From an uncultured Gemmatimonadales bacterium (GTDB taxonomy: Bacteria; Gemmatimonadota; Gemmatimonadetes; Gemmatimonadales; Gemmatimonadaceae): a DNA stretch of 64,000 nt. Positions 11,962-23,170 of this stretch are shown here, piece by piece. The DNA lies in contig CAWKMU010000003.1 of the NCBI GenBank assembly GCA_963850905.1, positions 224,001 to 288,000 on the forward strand, given 5' to 3'. The stretch's first letter is position 1. Each line of letters begins with the position of its first letter. The translations under genes were made by a program, and so were the position numbers. Below the pieces are notes generated by a model. That model searched no databases, was not told the origin of the DNA, and worked only from the letters and a program-made list of their open reading frames with translations.

Positions 11962-12741
11962 TCATTGCCCTCGAAATTGCGGGGCGCGCTTCTCCAGAAA
12001 CGCGCGCGTGCCTTCGGCCATATCCGCGGTCGCCGCGAGCAAACCGAAATGTCCCGCCTCCAGGACAAGCGCGTCGGCAAGTGGGAGATCGAGCCCCCGG
12101 TTGACCGCGTCGATGCACATCGCGACGGCCAACGGGCCGTTTGCCAGGATCGCAGTCACCAGAGCCGTCGCGACCGGCAACAGCTCGTTGGCGGGCACGA
12201 CGCGATTCACCAGACCGATCCGCCACGCTTCCGCCGCATCAATCGTCTCGCCACTCAGCAACAGCTGCAGTGCACGGCCGCGCCCCACGAGGCGCGGGAG
12301 CCGCTGGGTCCCGCCGTACCCCGGCGTGATACCAAGCTTGACCTCCGGCTGTCCGAACTTCGCCGTCTCGCTCGCAATGCGCATGTGACACGCCATCGCG
12401 AGCTCGCAACCACCGCCGAGCGCAAAACCGTTGACCGCGGCGACGACGGGCTTCGGTGAGCTCTCGAATTGCTGAAACACCATTTGCCCGCGCAGCGCGC
12501 GTCGCCGAGCGTCCAACGGCTTTTGCGCTGCCAACTCGGAGATGTCGGCGCCAGCAACGAACGCACGTCCCGCACCCGTAAGGATCACCCCTCCAACGTC
12601 CGCGCGCGTACGCACCTCTTCGGCGGCAGCGCCCAGCTCGCCCATCGTCACGTCGTTCAAGGCGTTGAGCTTCTCAGGCCGATTCACCGTGATCGTGGCG
12701 ATCCGGTCGGCGACGGTGAGAGTCAGGGTCTGGTAGGTCAT
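11962..12741 (-). CDS. Enoyl-CoA hydratase / crotonase
   Basis: NRPEKLNALN, AFVAGADI, VNGFALGGGCELA, FGQPEVKLG, GGTQRLPRL. Confidence 0.95.
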   Translation of the reverse strand: MTYQTLTLTVADRIATITVNRPEKLNALNDVTMGELGAAAEEVRTRADVGGVILTGAGRAFVAGADISELAAQKPLDARRRALRGQMVFQQFESSPKPVVAAVNGFALGGGCELAMACHMRIASETAKFGQPEVKLGITPGYGGTQRLPRLVGRGRALQLLLSGETIDAAEAWRIGLVNRVVPANELLPVATALVTAILANGPLAVAMCIDAVNRGLDLPLADALVLEAGHFGLLAATADMAEGTRAFLEKRAPQFRGQ

Positions 12742-12829
12742 GGCTCGGAAAATAGAACGGCTCTAACTGCGGGGTCAGGGGTCGGGGGACGGCAATGCAA
12801 CCCTGAGATCGCGCCGTCCGCAGCGACAT

Positions 12830-12853
12830 GTAGGGGCGGCCTTCAGGCCGCCC
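12830..12853 (+). repeat. GTAG REP palindrome, second class
   Basis: gtaggggcggccttcaggccgccc. Confidence 0.85.
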
Positions 12854-12906
12854 ATCGTCGGCGTCGTCGTCGGCAATTGCGGATCCCCGGCTCCGGCCCT
12901 TCGGCG

Positions 12907-13149
12907 TTACCGCCGTTTCGCCGCTTCAAACAGTTGCCCAGTCATCGCGATATGCGCCGCCGAGACCACGACCACCACGACGCCCACGGCAATCCACGTG
13001 AGCGCAGCCATGCCCCAGTTCATGCCACCCGTGGGAACGGGCCGCGTCAGCCAGACAACGAACGCGAAGACGGCAAGCAGTCCCACGCAGACCGCGTACG
13101 CTCCGTATGCGGCCAGCCGAGCAGTCTGGCCCCGTAGCTTCATGTCCAT
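12907..13149 (-). CDS. Small two-TM membrane protein
   Basis: Two hydrophobic helices separated by TRPVPTGGMN. Confidence 0.6.
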   Translation of the reverse strand: MDMKLRGQTARLAAYGAYAVCVGLLAVFAFVVWLTRPVPTGGMNWGMAALTWIAVGVVVVVVSAAHIAMTGQLFEAAKRR

Positions 13150-13383
13150 GTTTGCATGACCTCCCGTGACAGTGTCCACCGTGCCGACGGTGCGCAGCGC
13201 GGCCCCCGCACTGATAACAATATTGTCACCAATAATGCGTGTCATCTCCCTTCTCCCGTCACCTCTCTCCCCTCTCAGGCACGAGCGCCACTAGCGCTCG
13301 GGTCCGTGGTGGGCGAGCATTAGCCGCGCGCGAGACCCTGCGCGCCGGACGGTCGGTCCGTCGTCGGAGCGGACGGAGGATGC

Positions 13384-14298
13384 ATGCAGGAGCGTCGGGC
13401 GCGATGGTCCTGGATCGTTGTCGGCTGCGTCGCGGCGCACGTCGCGCTCGGCAGTGCGCTTGCTCAGGACACGTCTCATAAGGCCGTGCCGTCGGCGACC
13501 GGCGCTGAGAGCGCCGCTGTGCGGACCCAGCCGACGGTATTGCCGGCCGGTGCCGCCGAGACTGTCGGCGCGCGAGCGACAGGCACGCCGCAGACCGCCG
13601 CGGACTACGTCGCCTCGGGCGACCGCGAGCGTGAGTCAATGCAGGCACGCGGCGCCCTCGACGACTTCGAGCGCGCAATCGCGCTCGACTCGAACAGCTA
13701 CGAGGCCCTGTACAAGGCATCACGCGAATCCGTCGATCTCGGCGAGTTCGAGCCCAATCCCGCCGCGAAGCAGCAGGACTTCGACACAGGCCTCCGGTTC
13801 GCGCAACGCGCCACCGTGGTCAATCCCACCGGGCCGGATGGGCATTTCGCCGTGGCGCGGGCGCTGGGCCGCCAGGCCCTGGCGGTCGGGGGCAAGAAAC
13901 GGATCCAGTTCGCGAAAGAGGTGCGGGCCGAGGCGCTGGCTGCCCTGTCCTACGACCCGAACCACGCAGGCGCCCTGCACGTGATGGGCGTCTGGAACGC
14001 CGAGGTCATGCGACTGAGCGGTATCGAACGCTTTATCGCGCGCAATCTCCTCGGGGGTGGCGTCCTGGGGACGGCCAGCTGGAAAGAGGCGGTGCGCTAT
14101 CTCCAGGAGGCAGTTGCGATAGAGCCGAAGCGCATCGTGCACCACCTGGATCTGGGAAAGGTGTACGCGGATCTCGGGGAGAAGAGCAAAGCGCGCCAGC
14201 AGTTCCAGCTCGTGTTGTCGACTCCGCCCGCCGAGTACAATGACCCCCATTACAAGGACGATGCGCAGCACCAACTGGCCCGTTTGGGGACCGGGTGA
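13384..14298 (+). CDS. Exported TPR-repeat protein
   Basis: Signal peptide (ALA-Q); TPR-like repeats (AIALDSNSYEAL, YDPNHAGALH, AVAIEPKRIVHHLDLGKVY). Confidence 0.85.
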   Translation: MQERRARWSWIVVGCVAAHVALGSALAQDTSHKAVPSATGAESAAVRTQPTVLPAGAAETVGARATGTPQTAADYVASGDRERESMQARGALDDFERAIALDSNSYEALYKASRESVDLGEFEPNPAAKQQDFDTGLRFAQRATVVNPTGPDGHFAVARALGRQALAVGGKKRIQFAKEVRAEALAALSYDPNHAGALHVMGVWNAEVMRLSGIERFIARNLLGGGVLGTASWKEAVRYLQEAVAIEPKRIVHHLDLGKVYADLGEKSKARQQFQLVLSTPPAEYNDPHYKDDAQHQLARLGTG

Positions 14299-14513
14299 CT
14301 TCCGATCAGCGCCAACCGTCAGGCGGTTGGGAGCCCCTGTGCGAGGACTTTGCCCCCGCAGCGCCGCCAGCAACCCCCCCCGCCTTGCCGTTGGTAAGAA
14401 ACTTGCTTCCTACCCCGCGTTAGGATCGTCGTACGGCCCTGCCAAAGACTCCGGTGGGCGCCTGCGTCGTTGTGCGCCTTCCGGGTCGCGGTCGACCTCG
14501 AACCCCTGCCGTC

Positions 14514-15080
14514 ATGCCGTCAGCGCCAAAGACAGTCCTGCTCGTTGAGGACAACGAGGACAATCGAATCGTCTACTCGACCATCCTTCGCCATTTCGGG
14601 TATCGGGTGATGGAGGCCCTGAATGGTGAGGAGGGCATCGCGACCGCCCGCAGCGAGAAGCCCGACCTCATCCTGATGGACATCTCGATTCCCATCATTG
14701 ATGGGTGGGAAGCGACGCAAGTTCTCAAGCACGATCCAGAAACCCGCCACATTCCCATCATCGCCCTGACAGCGCACGCCTTGGCATCAGATCGTGAGCG
14801 CGCGATGCAAGTCGGGTGTGATGGGTACTTGGCCAAGCCCTGTGAGCCGCGAGCAGTCGTGGCCGAGGTTCAGCGGTTCCTGGGCCAACCGTCGGGACTG
14901 GACGGCACCAGTTCGCCTGCAGCGGCGGACCCGTCGACGACTGGTGATCCATCGACCGCCGCGAAGAACACCACGAGAAATCCAGGTGGGTCAGACCGAG
15001 GACGCGCCAACGGCGTCGCCACCGCGGGCGCCGGCGGCGGACTTGAAGGTTCGACGGGAAAGGTCGCGCGCGGCAACTAG
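14514..15080 (+). CDS. Single-domain response regulator, DivK-like, with low-complexity tail
   Basis: VLLVEDNEDN, PDLILMDISIP, IPIIALTAHA, GCDGYLAKP. Confidence 0.9.
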   Translation: MPSAPKTVLLVEDNEDNRIVYSTILRHFGYRVMEALNGEEGIATARSEKPDLILMDISIPIIDGWEATQVLKHDPETRHIPIIALTAHALASDRERAMQVGCDGYLAKPCEPRAVVAEVQRFLGQPSGLDGTSSPAAADPSTTGDPSTAAKNTTRNPGGSDRGRANGVATAGAGGGLEGSTGKVARGN

Positions 15081-15229
15081 CACGGAACGAAACACCCGCT
15101 TGGCACTGAAGGTCCGAATGTCCCCGATCGCGCTGAAGCCGTTTGGGGCCTGCGGCGCCAAGCGAGCGGCAGACACAGGGCTGGCTATGGATCATTTGAC
15201 ACCGCTCAGCTGGGAGCAGCAGACCTCCG

Positions 15230-16417
15230 ATGCATGAACGACCGACACGGCGGAACGCGCGCATCTTGATCGTCGACGATCACGCCGACAACGTCGTCAT
15301 CCTCCGCGATCGGTTGAGGTCGCGCGGGTATACGACGCTCGAAGCTCACGACGGTGAGGAGGCGCTGCGAGCGGTCGGTATGTTCGACGACCCACTGCCC
15401 CCTGGCACGCCACTGCCGGACCTCATTCTGCTCGACGTCATGCTCCCGCGACTGGATGGCTTCGAGGTCGCGCGTCGCGTCAAGGCGAATCCGGAGCTGC
15501 CGTTCATTCCGATCATCATCCAGACAGCGCTCGACACGACCGAAGACATGGTCGTCGGCCTCGACGCCGGCGCGGACGACTACATCACGAAGCCAATCAA
15601 CTTTGCCGAGCTGGAAGCGCGCATGCGGTCGCTGCTGCGCATCAAGTCGCTCCAGGAGCAGGTTGAGCGGCAGAAGGCCGATTTGTCGGCGATCAATGAT
15701 CAGTTGGTTCGGATCGCCCGCACGGACGGGTTGACGGGAATCGACAACCGCCGGCGTCTGGAAGAGCGGCTCGATGAGGCATTCGAGCATTCGCGCCGTT
15801 TCGAGGAGCCATTTGCCTGCGTGATGTGCGATCTGGATCGCTTCAAGAGCGTCAACGATACGTACGGTCACCAGGCGGGTGACGCCATCCTGCGCCAGCT
15901 CGCGCAGCTGCTGCGCGAGCAAGCCCGGGAGATCGATCGTGTCGGCCGGTATGGCGGGGAGGAGTTCATGCTGGTGCTTCCCGGGGCGTCGACGGACGCC
16001 GCAGTCGCTTTCGCCGAAAGGGTGCGCAAAGCGGTCGAGGGGCGTACATTCTCCTTCGCCGGAACGGTCATCCGCCGCACGATTAGTTGCGGTGTGGCGG
16101 CGTGGCCGCATCCAGCGATCGCCGACGTCGCCGCGTTGGTGCGGGCGGCGGATGACGCGCTGTACACCGCCAAGGCTCGGGGCCGCAATCGGGTCGTTCG
16201 GTTCGAGACGGGCGTCGGCGCATCAACGGCGGTGGACGACCCGATCGCAGAGCAAGAGCCGGACAACCCTCCTTACGACCTACAGGCGAGTGATGGAGAG
16301 CAGCGAGCCAGCGTCGGCACCACCACCCATACACCCCAGCACGCCGTCGGAGGTGGACCCCGCGGCGGAGCTGTCCGAGCTCCGGACGAAGATCGAGGAG
16401 CTGCGCCGCGAGCGTGA
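15230..16417 (+). CDS. Response-regulator diguanylate cyclase (REC-GGDEF, PleD/WspR-like)
   Basis: ILIVDD, DLILLDVMLP, DGLTG, DLDRFKSVND, I-site REID, GRYGGEEF. Confidence 0.95.
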   Translation: MHERPTRRNARILIVDDHADNVVILRDRLRSRGYTTLEAHDGEEALRAVGMFDDPLPPGTPLPDLILLDVMLPRLDGFEVARRVKANPELPFIPIIIQTALDTTEDMVVGLDAGADDYITKPINFAELEARMRSLLRIKSLQEQVERQKADLSAINDQLVRIARTDGLTGIDNRRRLEERLDEAFEHSRRFEEPFACVMCDLDRFKSVNDTYGHQAGDAILRQLAQLLREQAREIDRVGRYGGEEFMLVLPGASTDAAVAFAERVRKAVEGRTFSFAGTVIRRTISCGVAAWPHPAIADVAALVRAADDALYTAKARGRNRVVRFETGVGASTAVDDPIAEQEPDNPPYDLQASDGEQRASVGTTTHTPQHAVGGGPRGGAVRAPDEDRGAAPRA

Positions 16418-17120
16418 TCACCTGGTCACCCTCGTCGACATCCTGCAAGAGATCTCAGGCTCGCTCCACTTCAGCGACATCCTGCAGACGATCGCCCGCA
16501 AGCTCGGCGAGACGTTTGGACTGGATCGCAGCTCGATCTTCCTGACGGGCGAGCCGGCCGACGTTCGACTCGTCGCGAGCTACGAGGACCCGACGATCCG
16601 CAACGTCGTGGTCGACCTCACCCGCTATCCTGAGCTCCAGCGCGCCTTCGAGTCCGGCGAGACCGTCTTCATCCCCGACGCGAGCACCGAGCCGATGCTT
16701 CGCGACGTCCGTGCGCAACTCGATATGCGCAACGTGCGCGCGATCGTCGTCGCGCCCATCCGGTGGCGCGGATCGGTCATCGGCGCGATTTTCCTTCGCA
16801 TCGGGCGCGACGCGGCGCCGTTCTCGGACAGCGATGTCCGCTTCTGCCAGGTCGTCGCCTCGCTCACTGCCAAGGCGCTCCGCAATGCGCACCGCTTCGA
16901 CGCGATGGTGCGCGCGACGCAGGATTCGACCCAGGCACAACGTCGCTCCGAGCTCCAGCGCATCGCACTCATTGCGTTCGTGCGGCGGTTGCTGGACCGC
17001 TACGCGAAGACCGAAGACCACATGTGGGCCGAGACATTGTTGGCGAAGGAGTCCGATGAGGAGCTCGAGCGCCTAGTCTCCGTCACCATGCAGGTGATGT
17101 CGGAAGAAGCCAAGGGGTAG
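16293..17120 (+). CDS. GAF domain protein
   Basis: Coiled coil then ISGSLHFSDILQTI...IVVAPIRWRGSVIGAIFL...FSDSDVRFCQVVA. Confidence 0.85.
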   Translation: MESSEPASAPPPIHPSTPSEVDPAAELSELRTKIEELRRERDHLVTLVDILQEISGSLHFSDILQTIARKLGETFGLDRSSIFLTGEPADVRLVASYEDPTIRNVVVDLTRYPELQRAFESGETVFIPDASTEPMLRDVRAQLDMRNVRAIVVAPIRWRGSVIGAIFLRIGRDAAPFSDSDVRFCQVVASLTAKALRNAHRFDAMVRATQDSTQAQRRSELQRIALIAFVRRLLDRYAKTEDHMWAETLLAKESDEELERLVSVTMQVMSEEAKG

Positions 17121-19213
<2,093 letters not shown>

Positions 19214-19218
<5 letters not shown>

Positions 19219-19657
19219 GAAAATGGGACAAGCACCAACTCACACCGTTCGCACCACTTCGTGAATGGGCTGGTAGGGGCGACGCAATGCGTCGCCCTCC
19301 GTCACCGCCCCTAACGGGGTTAGCTCTAGGAAAATGGGACCGGCACCAACTCACACCGTTCGCACCACTTCGTGAATGGGCTGGTAGGGGCGACGCAATG
19401 CGTCGCCCTCCGTCACCGCCCCTAACGGGGTTAGCTCTAGGAAAATGGGACCGGCACCAACTCACACCGTTCGCACCACTTCGTGAATGGGCTGGTAGGG
19501 GCGACGCAATGCGTCGCCCTCCGTCACCGCCCCTAACGGGGTTAGCTCTAGGAAAATGGGACCGGCACCAACTCACACCGTCCGCACCGCATTGTGAATG
19601 GGCTGGTAGGGGCGACGCAATGCGTCGCCCTGCGTCACCGCCCCTAACGGGTTTAGG
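19214..19657 (+). repeat. Tandem array of 4 x 111-bp units, each containing a GTAG REP
   Basis: tctaggaaaatggga recurs at 19214, 19325, 19436, 19547; REP at 19273, 19384, 19495, 19606. Confidence 0.97.
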
Positions 19658-19660
19658 AAC

Positions 19661-20212
19661 ATGGCACATTCAATCGACCTCGCGAACCACCAGATGGTGG
19701 CGCTCACCCGGGCCTCGTTGGCGACGCTCCGGGCAGCCCTCGTTCGAGACGCCGGCCCGGCTGCCGCGACGTATCTGCAGGAGGCGGGATACGCCGGCGG
19801 GGAGACGCTGTTCGCCTCGTTCGCCGCATGGCTGCTGGACCGGGGAATCGACGAACCGGAGGCTTTGGATGTGGCGACGTTCGAGCAGCGAGCCTCGGAA
19901 TACTTCCGGGAAGCCGGCTGGGGCTCACTGACGATCGGCACTCTGCACGACGCCGTGGCCACGCTCGACTCCGAGGACTGGGGCGAGGCTGACCCCTCCA
20001 GCGCCCTGGATCACCCCGGCTGCCACCTCACGACCGGCATGTTCGCCGACTTCTTCGGCCGGATCGCCGACCATCCAGTCGCCGTGCTCGAAGTCGAATG
20101 CCGGTCCGCCGGCGATGCGCGCTGCCGCTTTCTCGTCGGTAGCGCCGAGGTCATGACGCACGTCTACGAGGCTATGGGCCATGGCGTGGCGTACGACGCG
20201 GCTGTGGGGTAA
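19661..20212 (+). CDS. Stand-alone V4R domain protein
   Basis: AGWG, PGCHLTTGMF, EVECRSAGDARCRF. Confidence 0.85.
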   Translation: MAHSIDLANHQMVALTRASLATLRAALVRDAGPAAATYLQEAGYAGGETLFASFAAWLLDRGIDEPEALDVATFEQRASEYFREAGWGSLTIGTLHDAVATLDSEDWGEADPSSALDHPGCHLTTGMFADFFGRIADHPVAVLEVECRSAGDARCRFLVGSAEVMTHVYEAMGHGVAYDAAVG

Positions 20213-20299
20213 GCCTGAACTGCGGGGCGGGGATCAGGGGTCAGGTCGGGGAACAAATCGAAAGGCCGGTCGCGGTACACAGCAACTGGCCTTGGACCG

Positions 20300-20324
20300 G
20301 TAGGGGCGACGCATTGCGTCGCCC
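20300..20324 (+). repeat. GTAG REP palindrome
   Basis: gtaggggcgacgcattgcgtcgccc, flanked by GGGGTCA and CCCCAAA heptamer tracts. Confidence 0.9.
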
Positions 20325-20378
20325 GTTGTTTTCGTGCCGGTTGTCGTTACCCCAAACCCCAGACCCCAAACCCGCCCT

Positions 20379-20915
20379 TCAGCCCTCACCCGGACTGTCG
20401 AGCCCCTCGTACATCGGGTTAGCCACCAGCTCCCCCTCGACCAGCACCTCCCGGTCCCACGGAAGCACGATCGTGCTTTCCGTCGCGAGGGCGTAGAAAT
20501 CCGGTTCGAAGGCGCCGGTCTTGAAGCACACCGCGGTCCGCACCTGCGCGGCGCCCGCATTGACGATCGCGGCGACCGCCAGCCGCATGGTCGCGCCTGA
20601 GTCGCAAGTTTCGTCGACGATGAGCACGCGCCGCTCGCGCACGTCGGAGGGCGCCTCGCCAAGCACCGCCGGCGTCTCCCGTACGCGATCTGCTCGAAGC
20701 CGGCGACTCACCATGATCGAGTGGAATTCGCGGTCGAGAATGGCCGACACGACCGCCGCGGGGACCACCCCGGCAGTCGCGATCCCGACCACGAGCTCGG
20801 GGTCATAGGCTCGGGCGACCCTGAGCGCCAGCGCACGCGATAGCTCGCCGAAGAGCGGCCATTCGATGTGCATGACACCCTTTGTGTGGTCGACGACATA
20901 GCGGCGCGGTGACAT
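20379..20915 (-). CDS. Type I phosphoribosyltransferase (purine PRT-like)
   Basis: PRPP motif VLIVDETCDSGAT, VVGIATAG, IVLPWD. Confidence 0.9.
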   Translation of the reverse strand: MSPRRYVVDHTKGVMHIEWPLFGELSRALALRVARAYDPELVVGIATAGVVPAAVVSAILDREFHSIMVSRRLRADRVRETPAVLGEAPSDVRERRVLIVDETCDSGATMRLAVAAIVNAGAAQVRTAVCFKTGAFEPDFYALATESTIVLPWDREVLVEGELVANPMYEGLDSPGEG

Positions 20916-20977
20916 GGGCCAAAGCTATGCCCCACGTCGGTTGCTCGGGAGTGGCCAGACGCCTACCTTATCGCCGT

Positions 20978-21490
20978 ATGTCGTGGCTCCGCCGCCTCCT
21001 AGGCGGCCCGTCCGATCACGAGGTGAAGCCGCAGCGGCTCGATTACCTCAGTGAAGCGCTGACGCTGGAGCGCCAGGGCGACTACGACGCCGCTCTTACC
21101 TCCTACAAACTGGCCTTGCGGGACCAACCAAACGATCACCGTGTACTGCAAAACATGGCGATCGCCTACTCGAAGACCGGGCGCCACGAAGAGGCCGTGC
21201 GCTGTTATCGGCGTGCGCTCGACCTCCAGCCGCAGCTCTCGGGCGCCCACTATGGTCTCGCCTTTCTCCTGCTGAAACGCGGCGACCCGCGCGGGGCGCA
21301 GCTGCACCTGGAGCAGTTCCTGGCCGCACCCCCAAAGAGTGCGGAGGCGGACCGATGGGTTCGGCACGCCCGACAGGCACTCGACCAACTACGAGCCGGC
21401 GGCGAGGTAAGCGACCCCGACAACCGGCGCACCATTCTCGATGACCGCGACCTCAGCGACGGCAACGCCGCCTTCGACGCCAGTCTCTAG
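20978..21490 (+). CDS. TPR repeat protein
   Basis: Three TPR-like repeats (GDYDAALTSY, GRHEEAVRCYRRAL, AHYGLAFLL). Confidence 0.85.
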   Translation: MSWLRRLLGGPSDHEVKPQRLDYLSEALTLERQGDYDAALTSYKLALRDQPNDHRVLQNMAIAYSKTGRHEEAVRCYRRALDLQPQLSGAHYGLAFLLLKRGDPRGAQLHLEQFLAAPPKSAEADRWVRHARQALDQLRAGGEVSDPDNRRTILDDRDLSDGNAAFDASL

Positions 21491-22277
21491 CCCCCCGGCG
21501 CCGCGGCGGCTCGGCCAGGTCGTCTCGGTCGTCAGCCAGAAGGGGGGCGTCGGGAAAACCACGACCGCCGTCAATCTCGCGGCCGCGTTCGCGCTACGCG
21601 GGCTGCGGACGCTGTTGGTCGATGTGGACCCGCAAGGCTCCGTCAGGTACGGCGCGGGCCTCCGCCGCGGCCACGCCACGCGCGGCTTCTTCGACTACCT
21701 CGTCGGACAGACCGGCCTCCGCGAAATCATCTTGCCGACGCAGATCCCGTGGCTCCGCGTGTTGCTCGTCGGCACCGTGACCGAGGAGGCGAGCCACACC
21801 GGCTACCAGGCCCTCGTGTCCGACACCGACATCCTGCACGAGTTGTTGGACGAGGCCCGCGCACGCTGCGATGTGGTCATCGTCGACACACCGCCGGGGC
21901 TGGGGTCCGTCGTGCGCCGCACGCTCGAGGCGAGCCAACACGTGCTCATCCCGCTGCAATGCGAGCCATTGGCGCTGCACACGACGCCGCAGATTCTGCG
22001 TGCGATTCAGGCCATCGTCGCGACCAACTCCGAGCTCACCCTCGACGGAATCCTCTTGACGATGTACGAGCCGTCGAATCCGGCGTGCATCCGCGTCGCG
22101 CAATACGTCCGCACGCACCTGCCGTCGGACATGGTCCTCGAGATCGTCGTGCCGCGCAGCTCGGCAACAGCTGACGCCTTCGCCGCCGGGCAGCCAGTCG
22201 TGATTCGCGATCCCGCAGATCCGGCCGCACAGGCGTACGTCAAGCTCGCGACGCTGCTGGCGGAGCGCTTTCAGTGA
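21441..22277 (+). CDS. ParA/Soj family ATPase
   Basis: Deviant Walker A QKGGVGKTT, DVDPQG, VIVDTPPG, PLQCE. Confidence 0.92.
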   Translation: MTATSATATPPSTPVSSPPAPRRLGQVVSVVSQKGGVGKTTTAVNLAAAFALRGLRTLLVDVDPQGSVRYGAGLRRGHATRGFFDYLVGQTGLREIILPTQIPWLRVLLVGTVTEEASHTGYQALVSDTDILHELLDEARARCDVVIVDTPPGLGSVVRRTLEASQHVLIPLQCEPLALHTTPQILRAIQAIVATNSELTLDGILLTMYEPSNPACIRVAQYVRTHLPSDMVLEIVVPRSSATADAFAAGQPVVIRDPADPAAQAYVKLATLLAERFQ

Positions 22278-23170
22278 GGGCGCCGGCCCTCTGCGGCCGG
22301 CGTCTCGCCCTGGCGGCAACCCTCGCTGTCTCGGCGACGCTCGCCGCAGCGTGCGCCGACGTCCCCACCGATCCGACACTCGTGTTTTCCATGTCGATCG
22401 ATTCGGCGCCGAGCCCATCGGTCGTGGCGGGCGACACGCTGCGCGACACCAACGGCGTCGTGAAACCGCTGACGGGAGAGGCCTTCAACCTCCAGGGAAA
22501 ACTCCTCCCCAACGTCCCGGTCCGCTTTACCACGCTCACCCCCAGCCAGCTCACGATCAACACGTCCAACTTCGCGATCGGGGTGCGCGGCGCAGACAGC
22601 GTCGCACGGCTCGTCGCCACTGCACAGAGTCTGCAGTCCCTGCCGTTCCTGCTTCCCGTCGTGCTCCGGCCTGATAGCATTTTGTATGCGGACAGCGACT
22701 CCATCACGACCATGGCGCTCTCGCTGACGAGCCCCGATACCACGTCGGCGGGCCTCGACATCGTGCTCAGACACATTCCCGATTCGCTCAACGGGGATTC
22801 CGTCACGCGCACCTATATCGTCCACTACCGGATCATCTATCCCGCGAGCGCCGCGAAGGGCACCGGCACGCCCAGCGACACCACGCTGTTCGCGTACCTG
22901 GTCGATGGCAGCGGCAACCCGTCGCGCACTGACACGACGGACGTCAATGGCCTCGGGACGAGAAGCATCGTGTTCGCCGTCGGCAGGATCAAACCCAACA
23001 CCAAGGATTCGGTGGTCGCTGTCGCGACCGCGATGTACCGGACCACACCGGTTGGCAACAGTCCGCTGCGATTCGTCATACACTACACTGCCCCCAGTCT
23101 CTCCAGCGACGTGAATCGATCGTCGGCCATCTCTCCCTGCTCCGGGCGTCTCTGCAATGGCCACCACTAG
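22274..23170 (+). CDS. Putative lipoprotein, beta-rich
   Basis: Lipobox LAAAC; Thr/Ser-rich beta-strand pattern; C-terminus uncertain. Confidence 0.7.
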   Translation: MRAPALCGRRLALAATLAVSATLAAACADVPTDPTLVFSMSIDSAPSPSVVAGDTLRDTNGVVKPLTGEAFNLQGKLLPNVPVRFTTLTPSQLTINTSNFAIGVRGADSVARLVATAQSLQSLPFLLPVVLRPDSILYADSDSITTMALSLTSPDTTSAGLDIVLRHIPDSLNGDSVTRTYIVHYRIIYPASAAKGTGTPSDTTLFAYLVDGSGNPSRTDTTDVNGLGTRSIVFAVGRIKPNTKDSVVAVATAMYRTTPVGNSPLRFVIHYTAPSLSSDVNRSSAISPCSGRLCNGHH

